NCBI GenBank assembly: GCA_964564625.1
Contig: CAZMBE010000001.1
Location: 33,143 to 97,142, forward strand
Direction: 5' to 3'
DNA: 64,000 nucleotides
Source: an uncultured Syntrophaceae bacterium
Lineage (GTDB): Bacteria; Desulfobacterota; Syntrophia; Syntrophales; UBA2185
Shown piece after piece: positions 57,263-64,000 of this stretch. The position numbers and the translations under genes are program-made. Under the pieces are notes generated by a model that was not told the origin of the DNA, ran no database searches, and saw nothing but the letters and a program-made list of their open reading frames with translations. The stretch's first letter is position 1, and every line of letters starts with the position of its first letter.

Positions 57263-57309
57263 ATTTTTTATTCCCTACCCTTCGGGTAATTATTTAGAAC
57301 AACACAGTA

Positions 57310-57936
57310 TTACTTAGAATAAAGTTCAACTACTAACTGCTCCTGAACTGGCATAACTAATTCTTCACGGGATGGAAGAGTTTTCACCACACCTTTAAAG
57401 TTATCCTTGTCCAGTTCCAACCATTGTGGTATACCCCGCCTGGCAACTATTTCCATTGCCTCAAGTATTTTTCCAACCTTCCTGCTCTTCTCCTTTACCT
57501 GGATTTCACTTCCCACACCAACCAGATATGATGGTACATTTACCGGCTTCCCATTAACTAAAAAATGATTATGCCTTACCAACTGTCTTGCCTCGTTCCT
57601 CGAATTGGCAAAACCTATTCGAAAGACCATATTATCGAGGCGCCTTTCTAAGAAAAGCAAGAGATTTGTACCTGTTATCCCTTTCTGTCTATCAGCTTTT
57701 TCAAAATACCCCCTGAATTGCCTTTCCAGAAGGCCATACATCCTTTTAAGTTTTTGTTTTTCCCTTAACTGTACACCATAATCAGAATATTTTCTGCGAA
57801 TCTGGCCATGATCACCCGGGGCATAATTCCTTCTTTCGAAGGCACACTTATCACTATAACACCTGTCGCCTTTGAGAAAAAGTTTCAACCCTTCTCTGCG
57901 ACACAACCTACACACGGATTCTTTATACCTTGCCAA
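57310..57936 (-). CDS. rpsD: 30S ribosomal protein S4
   Basis: [16 protein letters not shown]... Confidence 0.95.
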   Translation of the reverse strand: MARYKESVCRLCRREGLKLFLKGDRCYSDKCAFERRNYAPGDHGQIRRKYSDYGVQLREKQKLKRMYGLLERQFRGYFEKADRQKGITGTNLLLFLERRLDNMVFRIGFANSRNEARQLVRHNHFLVNGKPVNVPSYLVGVGSEIQVKEKSRKVGKILEAMEIVARRGIPQWLELDKDNFKGVVKTLPSREELVMPVQEQLVVELYSK

Positions 57937-58118
57937 AAAAACCTCCCATTATTCGAAATTCGAAATCCTAATAATTGATTACTAACCTCATTCAAATTAA
58001 AAAATGTGAAACGTACACATAGGAAACTACGGACCCTTAGGCTCATTTCCAAGCTAAAGGTCGCTTCGACTAAGTCAATTCTCTGCGGCTTTTCCTGAAA
58101 AAGCCAGTTCTTATTGAA

Positions 58119-58511
58119 CTATACTCTCCTTCTTTTCGGAGGACGGCACCCATTATGAGGAATAGGTGTGACATCTCTGATAAGGCTGATATTCAGCCCA
58201 GCTACCTGTAAAGATCTTAATGCTGATTCCCTACCTGACCCAGGTCCTTTCACATACACTTGAACCTTCCTCATTCCCTGTTCCTTCGCCTTTTTAACTG
58301 CATCCTCGGCTGCCACTTGCGCTGCGAAAGGGGTGCTTTTTCTTGAACCTTTAAATCCTTGTGTCCCAGAAGACGACCAGGCGATCACATTGCCGCTGGG
58401 ATCTGTGATTGTTATAATTGTATTGTTAAAGGTAGATTGAATGTGTACTACCCCCTCGGGTATATTCTTTTTTTCCTTTTTTTTCCCTGTTCTTCTCGAT
58501 TGTTTTGCCAT
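58119..58511 (-). CDS. rpsK: 30S ribosomal protein S11
   Basis: ...[20 protein letters not shown]...[14 protein letters not shown]... Confidence 0.95.
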   Translation of the reverse strand: MAKQSRRTGKKKEKKNIPEGVVHIQSTFNNTIITITDPSGNVIAWSSSGTQGFKGSRKSTPFAAQVAAEDAVKKAKEQGMRKVQVYVKGPGSGRESALRSLQVAGLNISLIRDVTPIPHNGCRPPKRRRV

Positions 58512-58533
58512 CTCTCCTCCGGATCAGCACGTG

Positions 58534-58902
58534 CTATTTCTTTTTACCGGCAATTGACCGTCGCGGTCCCTTCCGAGTACGTGAATTCGTACTTGTTCTT
58601 TGACCCCTGACTGGAAGTCCTTTCCTATGTCTCAATCCACGATATGCTCCAAGGTCCATTAACCGCTTGACTGACATCGATATTTCCCGTCGCAAATCGC
58701 CTTCAACCTTGAGATCCTTATCGATAATATTTCTTATAGAGGTAATTTCTGAATCAGCAAGATCATCTGTTTTTTTATCATAATGTACATTTGCCTTCTC
58801 AAGAATATCTCGCGCTTTACTTCTTCCTATTCCATATATATACGTTAACGCGATTTCCATTCTCTTGTTTTTGGGTAAATCCACTCCTGCAATTCTTGCC
58901 AC
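58534..58902 (-). CDS. rpsM: 30S ribosomal protein S13
   Basis: [26 protein letters not shown]... Confidence 0.95.
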   Translation of the reverse strand: MARIAGVDLPKNKRMEIALTYIYGIGRSKARDILEKANVHYDKKTDDLADSEITSIRNIIDKDLKVEGDLRREISMSVKRLMDLGAYRGLRHRKGLPVRGQRTSTNSRTRKGPRRSIAGKKK

Positions 58903-58938
58903 CTGATAACCTCCTGATAATGAAGAACTATTCCCTAT

Positions 58939-59052
58939 CTATCCTTGTCTCTGCTTGTGCTTGGGATTCTCACAAATAACCCTCAAAACACCACGTCTTT
59001 TGATAATCTTACATTTATCACAAATCTTTTTCACAGAAGATCTAACTTTCAC
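58939..59052 (-). CDS. rpmJ: 50S ribosomal protein L36 (37 aa)
   Basis: Not in the ORF track. A GTG start follows the SD gaggag. The translation is (M)[36 protein letters not shown]. Confidence 0.9.
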   Translation of the reverse strand: MKVRSSVKKICDKCKIIKRRGVLRVICENPKHKQRQG

Positions 59053-59115
59053 AACATTCACTCCTCACGTAGATTGCTCAATGGATATTGCCACGCGCAC
59101 TCTACTTATTCCGGT

Positions 59116-59334
59116 TTATTTTGTTCTGTAAATAATCCTACCACGCGTCAAATCGTAGGGAGAAAGCTCAACAGTCACTTTATCACCAGGCAATATCTTG
59201 ATAAAATGCATCCGCATTTTACCTGAAATATGGGCGAGCACTCGGTGGCCATTTTCCAGCTCAACTCGGAACATTGCATTTGGTAAAGTTTCCACTACCT
59301 TACCTTCTACTTCGATTGGTTCTTCTTTCGCCAT
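59116..59334 (-). CDS. infA: Translation initiation factor IF-1
   Basis: [30 protein letters not shown]... Confidence 0.95.
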   Translation of the reverse strand: MAKEEPIEVEGKVVETLPNAMFRVELENGHRVLAHISGKMRMHFIKILPGDKVTVELSPYDLTRGRIIYRTK

Positions 59335-59466
59335 AAAAAACCTATCTCAATCAGAGACTTTATAAGGTCTCACTTTGAAGGGGCATCCCTAAAACTCCTC
59401 CCCGTATCGAGCATGGGAGACTCTGCAATTTCACTTTTTTATCATCTCCTATTACAGGTGGGCATT

Positions 59467-59487
59467 AAATCCATCCGTAATGGATTT
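59467..59487. repeat. Intercistronic hairpin aaatccat-ccgta-atggattt (map-infA spacer)
   Basis: The same 8-bp stem as at 56142-56162, with a different 5-nt loop. Confidence 0.7.
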
Positions 59488-59536
59488 ATAAGAATTTGAA
59501 AACTGAATTCCTGATTTGCAATAGGTGAAGCAAATA

Positions 59537-60286
59537 TCAGTTCAACATGCTCAGGATGTCTGGACCGTCCTCAGTAATAGCGACAGAATGTTCGAAGTGA
59601 GCTGATAATTTTCCATCTTCTGTTATAACCGTCCAGCCATTATCAATCACTTTGACCTTGTATGTACCCTCATTCACCATCGGCTCAATGGCCAAAACCA
59701 TTCCAGCCTTTAGTTGTATTCCCCTCCCTTTTATTCCGTAATTAGGAACTTGTGGTTCTTCGTGAAGTTTTTTCCCGATTCCGTGGCCTACAAAGTCTCT
59801 CACAACGGAAAAACCCGCTGTTTCAACGCAACGTTGAACAGCAGCTGATATATCACCAAGGCGGTTGCCGGCTCTCGCCTCGCTGATGCCCTTGTAAAGC
59901 CCTTGTTCAGTAATTCGTATTAACCTTGTCGCCTCTTCAGAAACCTCGCCAACAGGGACCGTTATGGCAGCATCCCCATAGTAACCCTTATAATATGCCC
60001 CAAAATCAAGACTTACAATATCCCCCTCAACTAAAACCCTGTTTGAGGGAAATCCATGAACGACTTCTGAATTCACCGATATACACAGGGAATAAGGATA
60101 ACCCATGTAGCCTTTAAATGCCGGTTGTGCTCCCTTTTTTCGCACAAGTTCTTCTGAATAGTAATCCAGCTCACCTGTGGTTATACCAGGTGTCACCTTT
60201 TCCTTTAATGAATTTAAGATCTCAGCGACGATATAATTGCTCGCCCTCATTTTTTCAATTTCTTCTGGCAGCTTCAGGATGATCAT
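59537..60286 (-). CDS. map: Methionine aminopeptidase, type I
   Basis: The metal ligands lie in the contexts ...DIVSLDFGAYYKGYYGD..., HGIG and EPM. Confidence 0.9.
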   Translation of the reverse strand: MIILKLPEEIEKMRASNYIVAEILNSLKEKVTPGITTGELDYYSEELVRKKGAQPAFKGYMGYPYSLCISVNSEVVHGFPSNRVLVEGDIVSLDFGAYYKGYYGDAAITVPVGEVSEEATRLIRITEQGLYKGISEARAGNRLGDISAAVQRCVETAGFSVVRDFVGHGIGKKLHEEPQVPNYGIKGRGIQLKAGMVLAIEPMVNEGTYKVKVIDNGWTVITEDGKLSAHFEHSVAITEDGPDILSMLN

Positions 60287-60291
60287 TACCC

Positions 60292-61608
60292 TTAACGCCT
60301 TTTTGCAATGCGTCCTTTCTTCATGAAGCCCTCATATTGTCTCGTCAACAAATGTGTCTCTATCTGGCCTGCCGTATCCAGGGCAACACCAACCACAATC
60401 AGGAGCGCCGTTCCGCCGAAATAAAAGGGCACATTGAAATAGCTTATTAATATGCTGGGAAGGACACATACCGCTGACACATATATAGCTCCACTAAAAG
60501 TCAGTTTCGACAATACGTCATCAATATATTCTGCCGTTTTTTTTCCTGGCCTGATCCCCGGTACATATCCACCATATTTCTTCATGTTATCTGAAACGTC
60601 AGTAGGATTAAAAACTACCGCTGTATAAAAATAACAGAAAAATACAATGAAGGCGACATAGAGCGATTCATATATCCACCTACCCGGAATTAAAGCATCG
60701 GAAACTGCCTTCATCCACGGATGATCGATGAAGTTCGCAATTGTTGCCGGAAACATGATAATTGAAGACGCGAATATTGGAGGAATAACTCCCGAGGTGT
60801 TGACCTTCAGTGGAAGGTGTGTTGTCTGTCCACCATACATTTTTCGGCCCACAACCCTTTTTGCATACTGTACGGGTATTCTTCTTTGGCCGCTTTCCAT
60901 AAATACGATGATCCCAACAACGGCTAACATCATGACAATAAGGATGATGATGAAAAAAATACCCATCTCACCAGCTGAAAGCAAACTGAATGTCTCGTAA
61001 ATTGCTGCAGGTCCCCGACACACAATACCGGCAAAGATGATTAATGATATTCCATTGCCGATACCCTTTTCTGTAATCTGTTCCCCCAACCACATTATGA
61101 ACGCTGTACCTGCCGTCAAAGTGATGACGGTCATTAAACGAAAGTTCCATCCGGGCTCCATCACGATGGAAGCCCCCGTAGGTCCTGCCATATTTTCCAG
61201 TCCAACGGCAATACCGAATCCCTGGATGAGACTTAAAATCACCGTACCATACCGGGTGTACTGAGTAATTTTTCTCCTTCCAGCCTCACCCTCTTTGGAG
61301 AGTCTTTCTAAATGAGGAATAGCAATGGTTAAAAGCTGAAGAATAATGGACGCACTGATATAGGGCATGATACCGAGAGCAAAGACGGAAAGATTAGAAA
61401 GAGCCCCGCCCGCAAACATATCAAAAAATCCGAGCAATGAACCTTTCGCCTGTTCGAAATACGCAGCCAGAGCTGCTGTATCAATACCAGGCGTGGGGAC
61501 GTGTGCACCTATTCGATACACAGCCAAAAGGAGACATGAATAAAGAATTCTCCTTTGCAGCTCAGGAATCTTTCCTATATTTTTTAAACCGTCTAACAAA
61601 TCAGGCAA
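60292..61608 (-). CDS. secY: Preprotein translocase subunit SecY
   Basis: 10-TM SecY pattern (...LGIMPYISASII...). Confidence 0.95.
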   Translation of the reverse strand: MPDLLDGLKNIGKIPELQRRILYSCLLLAVYRIGAHVPTPGIDTAALAAYFEQAKGSLLGFFDMFAGGALSNLSVFALGIMPYISASIILQLLTIAIPHLERLSKEGEAGRRKITQYTRYGTVILSLIQGFGIAVGLENMAGPTGASIVMEPGWNFRLMTVITLTAGTAFIMWLGEQITEKGIGNGISLIIFAGIVCRGPAAIYETFSLLSAGEMGIFFIIILIVMMLAVVGIIVFMESGQRRIPVQYAKRVVGRKMYGGQTTHLPLKVNTSGVIPPIFASSIIMFPATIANFIDHPWMKAVSDALIPGRWIYESLYVAFIVFFCYFYTAVVFNPTDVSDNMKKYGGYVPGIRPGKKTAEYIDDVLSKLTFSGAIYVSAVCVLPSILISYFNVPFYFGGTALLIVVGVALDTAGQIETHLLTRQYEGFMKKGRIAKRR

Positions 61609-61657
61609 CCTCTATAATCGGCAGCTTCATCCTTCTTTTCATTTGATTCGAGATTTT

Positions 61658-62101
61658 TTACGAGTTTAAAATAATCGAACCGCCGGCAGCCTCTATCTTC
61701 TGCCTCGCCCCTTGACTGACCATGTCAACCTTAAGTGACACAGGATACTCTATGTTTCCTTTGCCTAAAACCTTTATGCCATCCCCTTTTCTTTTCATCA
61801 GCCCCGCATTGACAAGAAGATCCTTGTCGATGACGGACCCCTGGGGAAATTTTTTCAACTGTTCTAAATTTAAGGTAATAATCTTCTTCCGGAAAGGGTT
61901 GCGAAATCCTCTTTTCGGTAATCGTCGGGAAAGGGGCATCTGCCCACCTTCAAAACCTGGTCTTACTCCCCCACCTGATCTTGCATTCTGACCTTTATGT
62001 CCTTTGCACGATGTCCCGCCATGCCCTGATCCGTCACCACGGCCAACCCTCTTTCTCTTTTTCCTCGAACCCTGTGGTGGTTTTAATGAACTCAAATTCA
62101 T
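61658..62101 (-). CDS. rplO: 50S ribosomal protein L15
   Basis: ...[28 protein letters not shown]... Confidence 0.95.
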   Translation of the reverse strand: MNLSSLKPPQGSRKKRKRVGRGDGSGHGGTSCKGHKGQNARSGGGVRPGFEGGQMPLSRRLPKRGFRNPFRKKIITLNLEQLKKFPQGSVIDKDLLVNAGLMKRKGDGIKVLGKGNIEYPVSLKVDMVSQGARQKIEAAGGSIILNS

Positions 62102-62295
62102 ACCTTGTTCCCCTCAAGCTCCTCCATAGACACAAGATGGCTGACTTTTCTGATCATTCCCCGAATCTCAGGTGTATCTTTAAGCACAACGCTCCTGTTC
62201 AATTTGCCCAGTCCCATCCCGCGAAGGACCCGCCGCTGCTTCTGTGGCCTGGTTATACAACTTTTTACAAGCGTTATTTTAAGCCTTTTCTCCAC
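62098..62295 (-). CDS. rpmD: 50S ribosomal protein L30
   Basis: [29 protein letters not shown]... Confidence 0.9.
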   Translation of the reverse strand: MEKRLKITLVKSCITRPQKQRRVLRGMGLGKLNRSVVLKDTPEIRGMIRKVSHLVSMEELEGNKV

Positions 62296-62386
62296 GATTA
62301 CCCCTCTACAACCAAAAGCTAATTATTTCAAATGCTATGACAAATTTTAAAACTTTTAACACAGGCAGTGAATTCTTGTAAAATAA

Positions 62387-62878
62387 CTAATTTTCAGAGC
62401 CACTCTTCCCTCTTATTGCTAAAATTTCCGTTGGATCCTTCAATTGGCATAGACCATCGATGGTGGCTTTCACCAGATTATGTGGATTATGAGAACCTAA
62501 ACATTTCGTCAATATGTTATGGATTCCTGCAACTTCAAGAACCGCTCTAACAGCTCCTCCCGCAATGAGACCAGTTCCCTCAGAAGCAGGCTTCAGGAGA
62601 ACTCTACCTGCTCCATATTTCCCAATAACCTCATAGGGTACAGTTCTATTCGTAATAGCAACCTTCATCATGCTCTTCTTTGCCTTTTCCATTCCCTTTC
62701 TGATTGCCTCCGGAACTTCATGGGCCTTACCCAAACCGGCACCTACAGAGCCTTTTCCGTCGCCAACAACGACCACTGCACTGAACCTGAATCTCCGACC
62801 ACCTTTCACGACTTTCGCAGTTCTATTAATCGCTATTACCCTGTCCAGAAGTTCTAATTCTTCCATATCCTCACTCAA
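62387..62878 (-). CDS. rpsE: 30S ribosomal protein S5
   Basis: ...[27 protein letters not shown]... Confidence 0.95.
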   Translation of the reverse strand: MSEDMEELELLDRVIAINRTAKVVKGGRRFRFSAVVVVGDGKGSVGAGLGKAHEVPEAIRKGMEKAKKSMMKVAITNRTVPYEVIGKYGAGRVLLKPASEGTGLIAGGAVRAVLEVAGIHNILTKCLGSHNPHNLVKATIDGLCQLKDPTEILAIRGKSGSEN

Positions 62879-62915
62879 TAGCCCTCGTTCCTTTTATAAG
62901 TTATGTAGACCCAAA

Positions 62916-63281
62916 TTAAAACTCTAATCCTGCTTCCCTGGCTGCATTCGCCAGTGCCCCAACGCGCCCGTGGTAAAGGTAACTTCCTCTATCAAAAACA
63001 ACGTGCTTGATACCTATGGCCTTCAATTTTTCTGACACAAGCTTACCCACTTTCTTCGCTGCATCAATCTTCTTTAAACCATTAAGTGTTCCATTCATCT
63101 CCTTATTCAGAGTTGATGCCTCAGCCAAAGTTCTCCCGACATCATCAGCAATAGCCTGAACATAGATATGTTTCGCACTTCTGAATACAGAAAGACGTGG
63201 TCTTGCCTCGGTACCAAATATTTTTCCCCTTACTCTCGCTTTGCGTTTAACCCGTATCTTTTCTACTTTTTTCGTTGCCAA
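62916..63281 (-). CDS. rplR: 50S ribosomal protein L18
   Basis: ...[18 protein letters not shown]... Confidence 0.95.
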   Translation of the reverse strand: MATKKVEKIRVKRKARVRGKIFGTEARPRLSVFRSAKHIYVQAIADDVGRTLAEASTLNKEMNGTLNGLKKIDAAKKVGKLVSEKLKAIGIKHVVFDRGSYLYHGRVGALANAAREAGLEF

Positions 63282-63301
63282 TGTTATACCCCTTGCTTAG
63301 A

Positions 63302-63841
63302 TTAGGCTCCAACGGATTTGCCTACTTTCCTCCGTACCTTTTCACCAGCATACCTTATCCCTTTTCCTTTATAAGGTTCAGGTTTTTTCAATTCTCGTAT
63401 CTCGGCGGCGACCCTCCCCACGAGTTGCTTATCAATGCCACTTATTGCGATGCTTATCTGCTTATCAACCTTCACATCTATTCCCTGAGGTATCTTGTAC
63501 TCTAACGGAGTGGAATATCCCAACACCAATCTGAGGATGTTTTCATTCCTCTCCGCACGGTATCCAATACCTGACAGTTCAAGATTCTTCTGAAAGCCGA
63601 CACTCACACCAGTTACCATATTTGCCACAAGCGTTCGCACCAGACCATGATATGATCTCGCTTTTCTACTTTCAGAAAGCGTCTTAACCTCTATAGCCCC
63701 ACTAATAACGGCAACCTCGATGCCCTGAGGTACTTCCATAGATAGAGTTCCTTTTGGACCATCAACCTTGATGGTCGATTTATCCTGACTGATCTTCACC
63801 CGTTCAGGCATTGCAATAGGTTTTTTCCCGATTCTTGACAT
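63302..63841 (-). CDS. rplF: 50S ribosomal protein L6
   Basis: MSRIGKKPIAMPERVKI... Confidence 0.95.
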   Translation of the reverse strand: MSRIGKKPIAMPERVKISQDKSTIKVDGPKGTLSMEVPQGIEVAVISGAIEVKTLSESRKARSYHGLVRTLVANMVTGVSVGFQKNLELSGIGYRAERNENILRLVLGYSTPLEYKIPQGIDVKVDKQISIAISGIDKQLVGRVAAEIRELKKPEPYKGKGIRYAGEKVRRKVGKSVGA

Positions 63842-64000
63842 TGATAAATCTCCAGAGACTAATTAACCGCTTCACACTGATGGACTTTGTCCCTCAGGCT
63901 TCCTACATTCAACTGAGGTTCCAAACAGGCAGAGCCCCTTTGTATATAAGAAAACTGCCAAGCTATTTACCTCCGCCAACAGGCGGTAGTATTTTCACAT

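Noticed and set aside
57951-57966. Tandem ttcgaaa-ttcgaaa just upstream of rpsD.
   Set aside because: Only two 7-nt units adjacent to the SD region. Too short to call a repeat or a regulatory site.
60286-60292. secY is followed directly by map, with no adk between them.
   Set aside because: Absence of adk from this junction occurs in several bacterial lineages. It is an ordinary synteny variant, not evidence of anything new.
63982-63989. An exact canonical ops octamer GGCGGTAG on the plus strand.
   Set aside because: An 8-mer is expected about twice by chance in 2 x 64 kb. It lies on the strand opposite the ribosomal-protein operon, is part of a small hairpin, and has no polysaccharide operon context within the window.
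1-64000. Search by eye for CRISPR arrays, tRNA/rRNA genes, toxin-antitoxin pairs, retron/RT or other defence-system hallmarks.
   Set aside because: None was found. There are no regularly spaced direct repeats, no T-psi-C-like GGTTCGAAT motifs, no RT/Cas/ATPase-nuclease gene pairs. All sizeable ORFs are accounted for by envelope, housekeeping or IS functions.

Overview
This 64-kb window comes from a diderm (Gram-negative-type) bacterium and is dominated by LPS and envelope biogenesis. No rRNA, tRNA or CRISPR array was recognised. I did not find a convincingly new multi-gene system such as a defence island.

Layout:
- 1-9.1 kb (+ strand): late lipid-A, core and Lpt genes: msbA(partial)-lpxK-late acyltransferase-waaF-[GIY-YIG mini-element]-gmhB-waaC-like-trm112/ycaR-lptF-lptG.
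- 9.3-38.1 kb (- strand): a ~29-kb Wzx/Wzy-type O-antigen cluster of visibly mosaic base composition. It comprises wzz; a legionaminic-acid-type nonulosonic-acid (NulO) module; wzx; an orphan transferase-like gene; wzy; two GT-B glycosyltransferases; an acetamidino (WbuX/HisH/HisF) module; a 6-deoxy-L-HexNAc module (FnlA/reductase/FnlC + WbuB-like GT); and a CapN/CapM/CapD-like initiation module.
- 38.5-44.4 kb: an EPS-type MarR regulator, the O-antigen ligase waaL, and a core-modification operon (two GT2, an LPS kinase, two proteins of unknown function).
- 44.7-55.4 kb: housekeeping genes (Gate-domain membrane protein, PhzF-like, cysS, argC, rpsI/rplM, lptD, folC, class-II PDE-like hydrolase).
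- 55.7-63.8 kb (- strand): the alpha/spc ribosomal-protein region, rplF to rplQ.

Most noteworthy observations:
1. The wzx flippase is split by a frameshift inside an A10:T10 homopolymer. Adding one T restores a single ~430-aa reading frame.
2. An IS5-family element abuts a ~45-codon stub of the NeuC/LegG-type hydrolysing 2-epimerase gene. The stub carries an in-frame TAG, and the rest of the gene is missing, so the NulO pathway looks broken.
3. A decayed GIY-YIG gene is bracketed by inverted copies of a short hairpin repeat (core gtcattgcgag...gcaat). The repeat recurs at least four times, and two copies supply the annotated 5' ends of gmhB and lptD.
4. A JUMPstart/ops-like sequence and a perfect 9-3-9 palindrome lie in the regulatory regions around the MarR gene.
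5. Two uncharacterised transferase-like genes sit next to or inside the NulO module and are candidate NulO transferases.

All family calls rest on motifs read by eye, not on database searches.
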